From Amoebophrya sp. A120 (lineage: Eukaryota; Protista; Dinoflagellata), in contig CAJINV010000007.1 of NCBI GenBank assembly GCA_905178155.1, positions 3,019,151-3,083,150 on the forward strand: DNA of 64,000 nucleotides. The letters are read 5' to 3'. Below, in pieces: positions 1-12,321 of this stretch. The notes beneath the pieces are model-generated. The model saw only the letters and a program-made list of their open reading frames with translations, made no database searches and was not told the DNA's origin. The position numbers were made by a program, and so were the translations under genes. Position 1 is the stretch's first letter. Each line of letters begins with the position of its first letter.

Positions 1-1056
1 CTACTAACTCCCTTTCCACACTTTTGTTCGCACTCCTTTTCACACTTCTCTTTCCAGCGGCGCCTGCTTAATGTGGCAATGGGGGTAGCCACAGCAAGCG
101 ATGGATAGAGTGTCTTGCTTGGGGGTCTTATTCGGATAGTTCCTTTTAGGCATGTGTCGTCATCCGTAAGGACGCAGGCTCCTGCTCTCGTTTTTGCACC
201 TCCCTGACTCTTCCGTTGCAAGAGCCAGAAGGCAGCAAGTACACGCAACAGGGTAGTCTGTCGCCAAACGGGAAATAACGCCATGCCTGCTCATCGGTGC
301 AAAACCCCACGCAGAAAAAAAACCGAAAGACGTGCGAGGAAGTTCAAAACTCCCGGTGCACGTCGTTCACGCTCTCAAGCAGCCCAGGCCCGAAAAGAAA
401 GTTTGGTGGAGATACAATATTTACTTTAGTTTGATGATGCTCAGGCTTCTGATTCAAAATGCATTATTTTTCGTTTCAAGAGTGCTACAATGTTGGCGCA
501 AGAAAGAAAACAAATTGACAGCAAAATATCTAATTGTGGAGTCCGTACAACATACTTTAAATTGCAAAAAAAATTCTTCAAATTTTAGTCAAACAGTTGT
601 GAAAAGTCGTTTGTATATGAGTGTGTGCACCTGAAAGTTTGATGATGCTCCATAGTAGTAAACCCTGAATAAACCCGATAAAAAAAAACCATTAAACCCG
701 ATAAAACCTTAGTCTCTGCTTCGCTCCGGCCGGCGCCGGAGCGCTTTGGTAGCGCTTTGGTAGTAAACTGTCCTCTTCAGCAGGAGACCGGGCGCGACTT
801 AGAGTCTCCTCACTTCGTTGCTCTACGTCGCGCCTCCTTGCTCTTCATGATGAAATACTGCAGGTCTGTCGAGCTGAAAAAGCTTGCTTCCCATCCCCAC
901 TCCGACTCCTGGACATCAAATTATTAGTTTTCGCTTCGTTCTATTAAGTAACTTTAACAACACTCCCTGTAGCAGATAGAATCCTCGATATTCCCTGGTG
1001 TATTTTGTTGCCCTCGGCTTTCTCACAGAAATGGGGAAGATGAAAGCAAGTCTTTT

Positions 1057-2703
1057 TCATTTGATAAACACCGCTTGCTCTTCCTCCTCCGCGCTCGTGT
1101 CGGTCGCTGCGGCCGTGGGATCCGCTGCCGAAGCCTCGAGGCTGTCCGCGTCAACCGTGGATGGCTGGATGCGTTCCCCGCCCCCCGCAAGAGCGGCCTT
1201 CGAAGCGGAGGCATGCGGATAATTCGTGGCACTTTCCTCCTCCTCCAGCTTGGACTGGGTCTTACTCCCCGAATCGTTGTTCACGACACGCTTGGCAGAA
1301 CGAAACGACGTACACAGTCCTCCCGAGAGGATGTACAGAAGTACGGAAAGCAGGAAAAGGGCACCAGAGCAGTAGAGAACATTTTTCACCACAATGTTGT
1401 CCGGCCAGGCTGGAAAAGACGGCGACGTGTCGGCGAAGGGTTGTTGTTTTTCTTCCGTCTTTGCAGGAACATCCGGGTTCGATTTGAGTGCACCCTCCGA
1501 ACCATCCTCAGCTGGCGGAAGCGGAACAGGATCTGGCAGGATCGCAGGCTTCCGCCGCTCCGAGAACTTCGTCGGCGCGGGTGCGAGAGATTCGTCGTCG
1601 ATCAGTGGAGCAGTCGTGGCGGCGGGTAGAGCGACGGGTGGAGCGGCAGCAACGCTTGCATCCAACGGAGCGGCGTGGTCCTCCGGCGTTGCGGTTTCAA
1701 GAAACCCGGAGATTGTTGCCTCGCCGGGGTCAGATGTGGTCTTCGCCACGTGCGCAGGCTTGCGCGGGCCAAACGTAAGCTTCACGGCGCCCGCACTGTT
1801 ATAGTAAATGCTCAGAACAAATGATAATGCATGCCCAGCGGGTATTTCGAGCCTATCAATGAAAGTGCAAACCTTGTAGAAAAGGATGACTTCTGTAGGA
1901 ATACTAAGTTTATCCTATTCTATCATGTTCCTCGAACATTATTTGCAAATCAAGAAGAAGCTTACTTACCCAGCTTGACCACCATTCCCACTGGACTGCG
2001 TCACGATGCCCGTCAGGGTTTTTCGCCTCGCATCCGCGTCTATTATGGGATCTTGCAGCACAGCCTTTGCCTTTTTGAGCCTGGAGAGCTTCTGCGCCTC
2101 TGCTTCTTCCGGAGAGCGGGGAGGTTCATTTTTCTCTCCATCAACACCGTCCTCTTTCTCTCCATCAACACCGTCCTCTTCCTCTCCACCAACATCGTCC
2201 TCGTCCTCTCCATCAACGTGTTAAGCATCATCGTCATCATCGTCTCCATTTTTGCCATTTGCTGTCGCAGCCTTGACCACTGCCGGCCTTGGCGCAGTCT
2301 CGATCGCTGCCCCTACCTGCTTTGTGAACCACTTAAAAAATCGCTTATCTTCTTGCACACACGAAATGTGGCTGTGTATCAGCGAATTGGGTTCTCTGAG
2401 CTCCTTTCTGAAAGCGCCCAACCCATCGAATAGGGTCTGCAGCAGGTACTGCAACGCGACATAAAAATCTGCGCTACGATGTCCTCCTCCATCACCGTCG
2501 GTCATTGGTAGGGCATCGACGTCCAGAGAAAAGATTGACCACGCTTTGTCCCCTGCGCCCGCCAACCATTGAATTTTATCGCCCTCCGCTAGGTCCGCTA
2601 CATCCTCCGCTAGATCCTCCGCTAGGTCTCCGGGAGGCAAGCTCAAACGCAGCATCGCGTCATACACGAGCAATTCTTCAATCTTATCCCAGCTATAAGC
2701 CAC
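1057..2703 (-). pseudogene. Decayed gene for an acidic, Pro-rich single-pass membrane protein
   Basis: ORF 2221..2703 stops at TAA (2221-2223) inside an acidic run that continues in frame (HVDGEDEDDVGGEEEDGVDGEK). A frameshift near 2030-2045 is needed to reach the GTAAGT...ACAG intron (~1797-1970) and ORF 1057..1785, which has a TM segment (VLYCSGALFLLSVLLYILSG). Confidence 0.45.
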
Positions 2704-2966
2704 TTTAACGACCGTGCATCACAGGGGGATACAACTGCTGGCGTTGCAGCAAGATACCTAAACAGGTCACACCTCCAAACTAATTAATATACGAAGCAGA
2801 CTCGATTATAGGCGGAGATCCGGTTCCGGTCTCAAGCATAATCTCGTAGCCAATTTCTGTTTCATGACAGAGTAAAAAGACAAACGCTTGCACTTCTACT
2901 ACTGTGGCTACTACTCGCTGCGTGAGCGAGGTGGCACTGTGGTTACTCTATTGACTCCAGCAGTTT

Positions 2967-4878
2967 TCATCGGTTCCATATCGGTCGCATCGCCGTCACG
3001 TATGCGATCGCCTCCGAAACAGTTGGCTTTCGAGGTACTTCTGACGACTTGTCCGTCACACTGCCGTACTTCAGCAAAAAAGCGATCACAGCCATGCCCG
3101 AACGGGCCATCCCAGCCTTGCAATGTACATAGGTATTCTTCCCTTGCTTCAAAAACGCGTAGATCTGGTCCGCCGCTGCGTCCAGCATCAAGGGCGGAAG
3201 AGGTTTGTGGAAGGTATACACAGGAAAGACTGCACAAACACCATTCCAAGCGACGCTATCGCACCAAGGCAACACCAGCGAGGCTGAGTCTGTGTGGCTG
3301 TAGTGTACACTTGCTGTTTCTCGGTATTTCGATTTTGGATCAACACAGAGCCACACTGAACAACATCGATACCAGACACAAGGGCTCCTACTTTATGCTT
3401 AGTGTATTGACGAGCGTCGTTAGCTACAATACTGCAACGTCAATGTAAGTTGTAGCCCTGTTCATGCTTGCTTCGAGCATCTGTCGTAACCGTAAGACGC
3501 GTCCATTATCATTCAATTTTCATGAGCTGCCTACGGTACTTCTCTGCCTCATGCCCCCCAAATCAAAGTGCAAAAAGCCAAACATCGAGCCTTGTGTAGA
3601 TAGAGCCCCTACTGGAAAATGTTGCGCTGCGCCTTTCCATTCCGTATTCTCTGATACAGAACTGCTTGTGTGAAATCTTCACTTTCATCTCGCCGCCCGT
3701 GTCTACGATGTCCTCGTCTAATTTCTCGTCTAATTTCTCGTCTACGTCGTAGCACTGATGGTCCTTGTCTAATTTCTCGTCGTGTTGCGCCTCCAAGAAA
3801 TCGTCGTCATACGTGACAACCTTCAAACCCGCGGGAGTTTTTTGTTCGTTGCACAATTTTTCCGGAGCAGGACTGGACGATTTCCACCCCGGCCAACTCC
3901 AACGCGACTCTTGCAGTAACAGATTCCTGTCCTTGTACAGTCTAGCCCACGGCGTGTGGGGCGTTTCAGTCTGCACATTGCTGAAAGAAACAACGGCACT
4001 GATTTCCTTTCCCGAGGAAGCTTCCGGTCTGATCAACTGTCGCCACATGGGACGACAAACGGGCAACACAGAACGCCCAATTTCGTACGACACTTTATCA
4101 GTCTGCGGCATCACGCCGAGGTACAGCTTGGGTGGCTGCGACAGCCCCCCTTATTCCGGCAAAGCCCTGAGTGGAGTGAAACTGAAAGTGGACACTTGCG
4201 CGGCATCATGCCAGAGCTTGACGACGAACGCAATCTGTATCTGTTCAGCTTATTTATGCGTTAGATTATGTCGCGACTGACTCCACCCCCTTTGCGTCTC
4301 ATCTCTTGTAATCGTCGTATAAATCGCAGCTGAGTAGGAATTCTTCCCCGTCAGAAATACAACTCATAGTCATACTCCTTCGCATACCACAATTCCGGCG
4401 CAATAATATCAAGGCCGACAGTACTAGCAAGCCGATCTTCTGAGAAGTCTTATAAAGGCACCCATGATAGCATATGATTCCTAAATGTCGACCACGGGCA
4501 CGGTATCAGATAAGTACCGTGCCCGTCGTCGACATTTAGGAGTCTTCATGCACATCTGCAGCTCAGGCAAACTTTGCATTTGCTTCACTCAGGGCCTCGT
4601 TGTCTGGATACACTGCGATCTTCCCGGACTTCGCTGGTGTACCTTTGCTTTTCCCCCGAAAGCGCAATTTCGTGATACGGATTTTTCATCGGATTTTTCT
4701 TGCACTTGCATTTTCCATTCTGAATTCTCCGAGCAACTACAGAAAATTCTTGGACTTTCTCCGTGACCTTTTTCTTTCCCCAACTCCATATCTCTTTCGC
4801 TGCGGCCCAGGCTTTGCCGACACGACCAAGAGTGAAATCGGCTTCCGACCATTGGTGATCGTATCCTTGTGAGACCAT
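2967..4878 (-). pseudogene. Disrupted dual-specificity (PTPMT1-like) phosphatase, apparently with tandem DSP-like segments
   Basis: CX5R catalytic loop YVHCKAGMARS and EAIAYVTAMRP in ORF 2967..3356. DSP N-terminal-like segments (KLYLGVMP...EISAVVSF near 4130-3975; WTRL...YNLH*...KVGALVS near 3510-3375) are separated by several stops and frameshifts. Confidence 0.6.
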
Positions 4879-7414
4879 AAGTCATGTCTAACGGCAGCAC
4901 GATTGAAGGAAAAAAAACCTGGTGACCCTCGAATTACCAGCACTTTGTATCCTTTTCTAGTACGATGCACTTATCGATGCATCGCAATTTATTATGTCAT
5001 TGTTGCGAGGTACCGAACAAGTCGTATGGTGGATCACGACGCTCATCTCCAACGACATGACAGAAATGCGCACACACAGTTTGACTTGACTGAGGCTTTT
5101 GTCTCGATACTTTTTGGTCGCTTTCGCCAACGGCCGTGTCACGTCGTTGTCGTTCGGCGGAGTGAAGCACTTTTTTCTCTTCCTGTACTTTGTGGGCTTG
5201 GGCTTCCTTTTTCTTACTTTCCCCCGTTTTCGTTTTCTCCTTGCTGAGCGATTCTGGTCTGATCCAGCCAAAAAGTACTACTCCAGGTCCAGAACAAGAT
5301 GCGTATTTCATCGGCTCTTACTTATATGCAAGTGTCTTGTGCAAAAATCGTTCAGTTCCTAAAACATTCTGTTTCTGTCACGCAACATGATTTTCTGCAA
5401 AAATATAAATAATGCGTGGAGTATCTGAACGCATTATTCATTATATGCGAAGATGAAGAAACAGTGGCCCGAACAACGTGCATCATCAAGGCCACGAATG
5501 CAACATTACGCAAAAACGTTCAACCCTTGCCATTCACACTTTTTGGTCGGATAAACACCGCTTCACGACGCCCATACACAAATCGAAACGTTGAAGTTAA
5601 GATACCACCTGGCAGCTGGCAAAAGAGGCGGCACAACAGCCCATTGGCGCCATCGCACGCAAAAGCTGCATCAGTGGGGCTTGCCGACCCGTCGTCGTCA
5701 GCGTTTCATTTCGACACAATAAAAATCAAAAACACACAAAAGTATTATCAATTTGAATTTGCGATTCCATTGCACAGACACCATGGATTATCAGCCACGA
5801 CCGCTAAGGCTTATGCAACTTAGCCACACACTGCTACCTACGCTGCCTACTTTCCTGCAAAGATTCTATTGCCTGCGATTTGTCGCCGTATCTTCGACAC
5901 AAGTATCCCTCTGATGCAGTTTCATTTTCCGGGATAAGTGGCTACAGCCGAAAGGTAAGAGAGCGCCCGCAGAGGAAAGCGACCGCAACCCGATGCTTGT
6001 CGTGCACGTGCAGTGCCCATTTTTCTTGGAAATTGCAAGAACTCAATCTCAAGATGGGTTGAGTTATAGTTTGGAGATGAGGAAGGGGATGAAGAGCTCA
6101 AACTTATTATCCGCGTTTGTTGTTTTCTCTGTCTTTTTGTAATTTGCTTTTTCACAACTCTAAGATGATTCGGTGGTATCTATTGCAGAAGCTTCGTCGA
6201 GCTTGTTTTACGACTTAGGTTTGAATTCGATTCAGCAAGACCGGTGGGGGCAATAGAGAACACGCAGACACGAAGACCACGAATACGCGGATCAACTTGC
6301 CTATTTACCTGTCAGGTTCTGTATGAATCCTTGTAATCATGCGAGCGGGGACGTGTGTGGTACTTCTGCCTTCACACAGCGACAGGCATTTCCTTCAACC
6401 TTGAAAGTATGCGGCCCCGTGTGTGCTTAAAAGAATGATGTGCCGCATCGTAAGTACGGCTACGCCTCACAAAGAACACACCTCTCATAAAGAAAAAAAA
6501 ATAAGAGCCAGACCGACAGTGCGGAAATACTTTGAGAGCAAGAACCGAAACGCCAACGCGGACCGGAAAGAAGAAACCGACATGGGAAAAGGAAAACGGA
6601 CAAACCGAATTTTTTTCTTCTTGTTTTTTTTTCACGAATTCGCACTACAAAACTCGAATCTGCTTTGCACGACGCACAATGAACGGCACCGAAGCAATAA
6701 AGCGATTTTCCTATTTTCTTTCCTTTTGTGCACGAGAACCTTGACAAAGAGACACTCATGTACCGATCCATCTCTCTTGCTACGTTTACTTCCACACCGA
6801 GTACTCCGAGACACGAAAACGAGCGAAGCCTGACGACGCATATCATCAAGGCTTTAGAATTCTGTTCCTTCACCTACGTGGCAGGCCATAATTGCTCCCT
6901 TTCAGCACATGCAATGAATTGCAAGCCACAAAAGCATACTAAACAGGAACAATTCCAAACACAATCATACTCCCGAAGGGACGGGGCACGACCTAACTTT
7001 TCTCTAATTTTCAATGTCACGGCTTTGCAAGAAGTCCAAAGAAAACTCAGACTTCAAAAGATCATCGAGGTCTCTGGTTTTTCTTTCCCAAGCAAATGTC
7101 TTCTTGGAACATCACAGGAAAACAAACAGGAAAACTACGAAAATAACTGCGAATAACATCACCGTTATGAACTTTCAAATCAAGAAGCAACGGCACATGT
7201 GTGTCCAGACCTTCGATTTTTCCTGCGTTTCCAAATGCAGAAGGACAATAACTCTTGAATGAGGTTTCCAGCAGGAACGCCATCACGGGAAAGGTGGCCT
7301 GCAATCGCCGGATCTTCTTCCAGCTTTTGCTTCATGGCCAAGGTCGTGTGTTTCGTGTTTTTAACACCTAGAAGTAGGAGTAGCACTACAGCACAGCATG
7401 ATCTTTATTTACCG

Positions 7415-10400
7415 TCATCGCCCGGGACCGCCATTGTTCCCCATCATGTTCATCATGTTTTGCATCGCCTGGGGATTGTTCATCAAAGCTTGTATCTGCG
7501 GATCATTCATCATTTGCTGCATGGCCTGCGGGTTGTTCATCAGTGCCTGCGCCTGCGCCGCCATCTGCGGGTTGGAGGCCATCATCTGCTGTGCCTGCTG
7601 CGCCATGCCGGGCGGGATGTTCCCCATGCCGCCCGGGGGTGCCCCCCCGCCGGGCGTACCCATACCGGGCATCCCGCCGCCGAGGTTGTTCAGGAGTGGA
7701 TTTGTCATCCCGCCGGTCGCGCTGTGTGGTTGAAGTTGAACCAAGTAAAGGAACAATCTTCGATGATTCGCGTCTGGCGGAAAATAAATGGCGAACTCAG
7801 GACGTTGTCTCTAGCGTACGTCGTACTTAGAGATGAAGCAAAATAGGGAAAGAACGGTAGTACCTCATTGGCGCAGCAGCTCCCCCGAAACCTCCTGCAG
7901 TATTCCCAGCTGCACCCGGGAACTATCAAGTGGAAAGAAGCTAGCTGCATAAGTACATGATAATTGTGGAGTGGGCAAATTACCCTCTGCTACGCCTACA
8001 ACATCTGCGGCACCTGCAAGGCAAACGCAAACCTTTTGCAGCAGTTCCGGTTTGATTATACAAATAGCAAACATACACATTTCCTTGGATGCTACTAGCT
8101 CACTTTCAGTCGATAAGAGCTGCTGGGGCCTGGGTGCGGCGGGGAGTTTGGATTCCGCGGCGGAGAGCTTCGAGCAGCAGATGCGCAGAGCGTCTATCGG
8201 CAGCCTCGACGGATCGTAGACCCAGTAGTCCACCCCCTCTATCTCCTCGGGCGCGAACCCCATGGCGAGAATGCACTCCGTCCCGCCCAGACACTCCGCG
8301 ACCTTTTTGTTGAAAGCCGGGTTCTCCATCTTAATCTTTCGGAACTTTTCCTCGCTCGGCTTGTCCACGATGTTGCTGCACATCTTGTTCAGCGTGGAAA
8401 AGTATGGATTGCAAAAATGTCTGGGTCTGAAAGATTCTGAGACTTGTCATGCATGTTTTGCATAAGCCCTGATGTCTGTGATGCATGCCCTAGCATAACA
8501 GATTTGTTGAGGGCTTCTTGATGCCTATTCCGCATGACAAATGCCCTCTCCGCGTAGCAAAAATTGCATTCCCATTGCTGCTCATGCAATAGAGATTTTT
8601 TTGGAACCCAAATGCAGCATCACAAGTTGCATTCTTCCAGACCCAGACATTTTTACATTTGATAAAAAGCAGGCCCGCTTCTGCTCCGCGTCCGACAGGC
8701 TGCTCACCTCGGACAACGCGCGATCGATATGGATTGCAAAAATGTCTGGGTCCGGGAGAGTCATGCTGTTTCTGCATGACACGGAAGGTCTGGCATGGAA
8801 GCTCTAGCATCACAGGTTTCGAGAAGCTTCCGCAATGCCGAACCCGCATGACGAATTCCCCATTTTGGTGACAGAAAGTGGGCAGCTTTTGCTGCCTATG
8901 CATGAGAGATTTTTGCGTGTTCTGAAATGCGCATCACAGGTTGCATCCTTCCAGAACCAGAGATTTTTACATTTGATAATCAAAATCGTCAAACGACACG
9001 GACGCGGTGGAGGAGGTGGCCTGAATAAATTATTCATCAAGTCTTTGACAAGCAAACCTTTGCAACTACTTACGAAATGCAAGCCTCCAGTGCGAAGATG
9101 AATACATCTTCTTGTTATGGCTTAGCTTTTTCTTTTACCCCAAAAAAAGTACGCGGAAAATCTATCACCATTATACATCACGCAACATGATCCTGCTTAA
9201 CATGAAACATACCGGTGCTGTCCCGGGCACAACTCCTGGTGTTGGCACGGAGCTGCTCGTATTTCCGAATGGGTTGAAGGTATTGGCCGCGTTATTCTGC
9301 CGCATTTGGGTCTCGAAACCCTCGATCAAGCCGCGGAGCTGCTGGCCTTGCGGTGTGGACAAGGCTTTTTATAAAGTTAAAAAACCTCAACATCGCAGCC
9401 GTTGTAAGTAGTTATTTCTCCTTCGCAAAAATTCAAGTACCTAAATATGTAAAGACAGTGGATAAGCTGCATACTTAGCAAATTCATTCGCTTTGCCTCG
9501 TGCAAAAAGAGAAATAAAATCATGCATGGGATGTGAACCGCGATGATTTTTCTTCCAATACTTCGTCCGCGACGTTCACTATGCGGTCGGGCACAGGAGT
9601 ACCTGAAGCAGTTTCGTCAACGTTGTAAACATTCTCTGTAATTATGACTCGGCGCTCAGCGGTTCATAGACGGCAACATCTTTAAGTAGCATAGAAAAAG
9701 CAAAAAAGATGGAAAAAATTGTGTACACACAAAGTCGTCGAAAACAAATCACGATACCGCAGAGAAACTTCGACACTTCGTTGGCGAAGTGATTGCAATT
9801 GTGCTTCAGCAAGTTGTAGGTCTGCTGGGTGAAGCGGGGCGAAATTTCCGCCAAAAAAGCGTTCAGTTCCGCTTCGGTTTTGGTCGCTTCCCCGAACTCC
9901 AGCACCTCGCACGGCCGCATGGGAATGGCCTGCCCCGCGGCTGTCACGCAAACACCGCCGCCGAAAAAGTATTCTTTCGTGGTATGGGACGGAAAAAGAA
10001 AAAGGGCCCCCCCGTGGCTCTGCTAAGTAACAAACGACTATCCAGTTAGATTCCAGAGACAGTCGCAGGGTCGCAGCGCAAAAGGGTATCACATTTCCGT
10101 TGGTTTGAAACTCAATAAACACAAACTTTGTCATTGCAAAACACATTACATTCCTTCAACCAAAGGCCAGGAGGGCACTTTTCCTCTTGATAGCCGAAGC
10201 AGACGATTCCCGTGTGGGGGATGATGTCAACCTGACAAGTGGTGAAACGATTGAAATTCGGAAAAAATTTTTCAACCACAAACAATAGAAATCGATATTG
10301 AAGAGCAATATCAGTTATGCATGCATGACAAAACGTGGACATCGCCTAGCAAAAATGAGAAGTTCTTCTACCTGCTTTCCCAGCAGCGGCATGCTCATCA

Positions 10401-10763
10401 TCCTCGCCATTCCCTGCGGTGTGAAATGGAAAAAACGCCCCTACCCCAGATGAGAGAGCTAGTGATTGTTAACATGCGAACAAAAAATATGTTCCGTGGA
10501 GACAGCACGTGTCATGCCTTTTGCGACGTGCTTCAGCAGTAGTACTACACATTTCCAACTTTGTACTGCACGGAACCTGTTGTTCGTCATGTCTCTGGAC
10601 TGGACCGTCCTTGAAAAAGAACGTGGCTTTAGCCCTTCATGCAAGGAAGAAAGTTTCCCATTCAAAGCTGCGCAACAGCAAAAAGGATTCTCAACTCCGT
10701 GGCCTGGACGTTTTGCGATCTCATATGTGAGATGTCATACACATAACACTGAACGCGCGGCAT
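7415..10763 (-). CDS. PPPDE/DeSI-family isopeptidase with PUB domain and C-terminal STI1-like (NP/DP) region; 11 exons
   Basis: Reconstructed MPRVQCYVYDISQGMARMMSMPLLGKQVDIIPHTGIVCFGKEYFFGGG...YNLLKHNCNHFANEVSKFLCG (catalytic His and NCN Cys), then PUB (CFSTLNKMCSNIVDKPSEEKFRKIKMENPAF...ILAMGF), then MMNDPQIQALMNNPQ. Needs 4 GT-AG introns and 6 TIR introns. Confidence 0.85.
7924..8115. mobile_element. Degenerate introner (192 bp)
   Basis: TIRs TATCAAGTGGAAAGAAGCTAG / rc TATCGACTGAAAGTGAGCTAG; flanks GGAAC/AGAGC. Removal plus 5 nt gives in-frame QQLPGAAGNTAGGFGG. Confidence 0.7.
8403..8664. mobile_element. Introner family 1 (262 bp), TSD AAAAG
   Basis: TIR TATGGATTGCAAAAATGTCTGGGTCTG...CAGACCCAGACATTTTTACATTTGATA; perfect 5-bp duplication at 8398-8402 and 8665-8669. 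Removal restores AEQKRACFSTLNKM in the PUB domain. Confidence 0.95.
8728..8978. mobile_element. Introner family 1 (251 bp), TSD ATCGA/ATCAA
   Basis: Family-1 TIRs; 4/5 TSD. Removal restores SFDDFDRALSEV. Confidence 0.92.
9370..9560. mobile_element. Degenerate introner (191 bp)
   Basis: Ends TATAAAGTTAAAAAAC...TTTTTCTTCCAATA; flanks CTTTT/CTTCG. Removal plus 5 nt gives VADEALSTPQG, whereas the nearby GT-AG pair would frameshift. Confidence 0.7.
9983..10192. mobile_element. Degenerate introner, family-2-like ends (210 bp)
   Basis: TATGGGACGGAAAAAG...CTTTTCCTCTTGATA; TSD largely decayed. Removal plus 5 nt restores the PPPDE motif IVCFGKEYFFGGG. Confidence 0.8.
10420..10725. mobile_element. Degenerate introner (306 bp)
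   Basis: TGTGAAATGGAAAAAACGCCC vs rc TATGAGATCGCAAAACGTCC; flanks TGCGG/TGTGA. Removal restores YVYDISQGMAR. Confidence 0.72.
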
Positions 10764-12321
10764 TGTTCTGGGAGGATTGATGTATTCTGTTCCGTTAAGT
10801 AATTTGTATGAATCAGAAGCGAGAAGCACCTCAGCCTCAAAGAGAAAGAGTTAAACTTGATGCTGGCTGCACATTACTCGGATTCAAATATCTCTAGCTA
10901 AATGGAAAGCAAGCTTTCGGAATCTACTTCAAAGATAACGTTCTTCTTTTTTCGCACTCAGGCTACTAGTGAATTCCCTGGCTCAGCCAAAAAACTGTCG
11001 GGGAGTAGAACCATATCAGGGGGTAGCAATTGACTCTTCTGGGATGATGGCTGTTGTGCAGGGGAGTAAATTTCTCTTGTCTTCTACATAAATTAGGTGC
11101 GTGTTTGAGCGGTTTTTTATTTTGATGTTCTCGTTAAGCGCTTATTTCTTTCACTCCGTATTGATTCGACACTCTTAGAAGCCGTAGGCTGCTTTTGCGA
11201 AATCTGTATACCTTTGCAGCTGAAGAACAGGACATTAAACTGCCAGGTAGACTGCTGCTTTGGAAAGATCTTGATTATAATGCCGCACTCTGCTCGAGCA
11301 CTCGTTCTGAAGCTACAAGCTACACGCGTGCTGTCACGAACACCGGGTTGTACAGACTGCACAAAACGAATTCCGTGTACCTGCGTTGTGGTTTACGGAA
11401 GCCGTCAATGGGAAAAGCTCTGCAACCTTGTTTTATCCATCGGTGCAGCGCAAAGGCACGCCACACATCACTTACTTGTTTTGAATAAGGTGGGAACACA
11501 ACGTCAAGAACAGGAGCACAACGTAAGTGAGTCGCATGACTCAGCAAAAACGCTGCAATTAGCAAACAAGTTTTGATGCATGAGGAATTTGCATTTATTT
11601 TCCAACACTTTTTTGTGCAACTGCAAAGCCCGAGGGTCCAAACTTGTGTCACCGCAACACCAGCGTTGCTTCGTCCAACCATCAGGCATTTGTACATTCA
11701 TTTAGTTAACAGGAAGACCGCACACAATGCTGCAGAAAGAACGCAACATCGAACCAGCGACAACTTCGAAAAAAAAATGCGGATGTTTGTCCGAGAACAT
11801 TTTGAAAAAAAAAATGGCACTGGCAACGAGCATAGTTGTACACAAAAAAGTTGTAGCTGTTCGGGGAGAGCTTCTGATCTGCCTAGGTAAAACTCTGTGC
11901 ATCATATCAACACCAAGTTGATGCGCACCAGAGATACTAAAACGCTCGCTACTTCTTGTGCTTTTTTGCAAGTGTTTGAAGATGATACTTTTCCACTTCG
12001 CTTCTTCGGGATCGCTTTCCGCGAACTTGTGGTGGACACTTCTTTTTGATTTCTTATTTAGTCGCTTGTGGCACCACCATTCTGAAGAAAAAAAGCGCAT
12101 ATCTGTTTCAACAACTAGAACTACATCGGCCTAGTACTAGATATCAATTTGGTTATAGAAAAAATTTCTGTGCAGCACCTGCGCAACCACTGGCGGCGGC
12201 CGGGCGAAAAACTATCGCTTCGCATCCAGCAGGTCTATCCGCGTTCTACTTCCGCAGACCCTTTACCCAAAAACTCCTGTTTCATCGCGGGTGCGAATAC
12301 TAGAGCCTTTTTATTTACCCA

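Noticed and set aside
428-650. 15-bp direct repeat AGTTTGATGATGCTC with box C/D-like motifs
   Set aside because: No terminal stem or recognisable guide; insufficient for a snoRNA or mobile element call.
659-711. TAAACCC-like units resembling the TTTAGGG telomere repeat
   Set aside because: Only 3-4 degenerate, non-contiguous units.
5000-7300. Numerous short Lys/Phe-rich ORFs, likewise at 10800-12300, 16800-17800 and 36700-37700
   Set aside because: A/T-tract-rich intergenic or UTR sequence with no recognisable domains.
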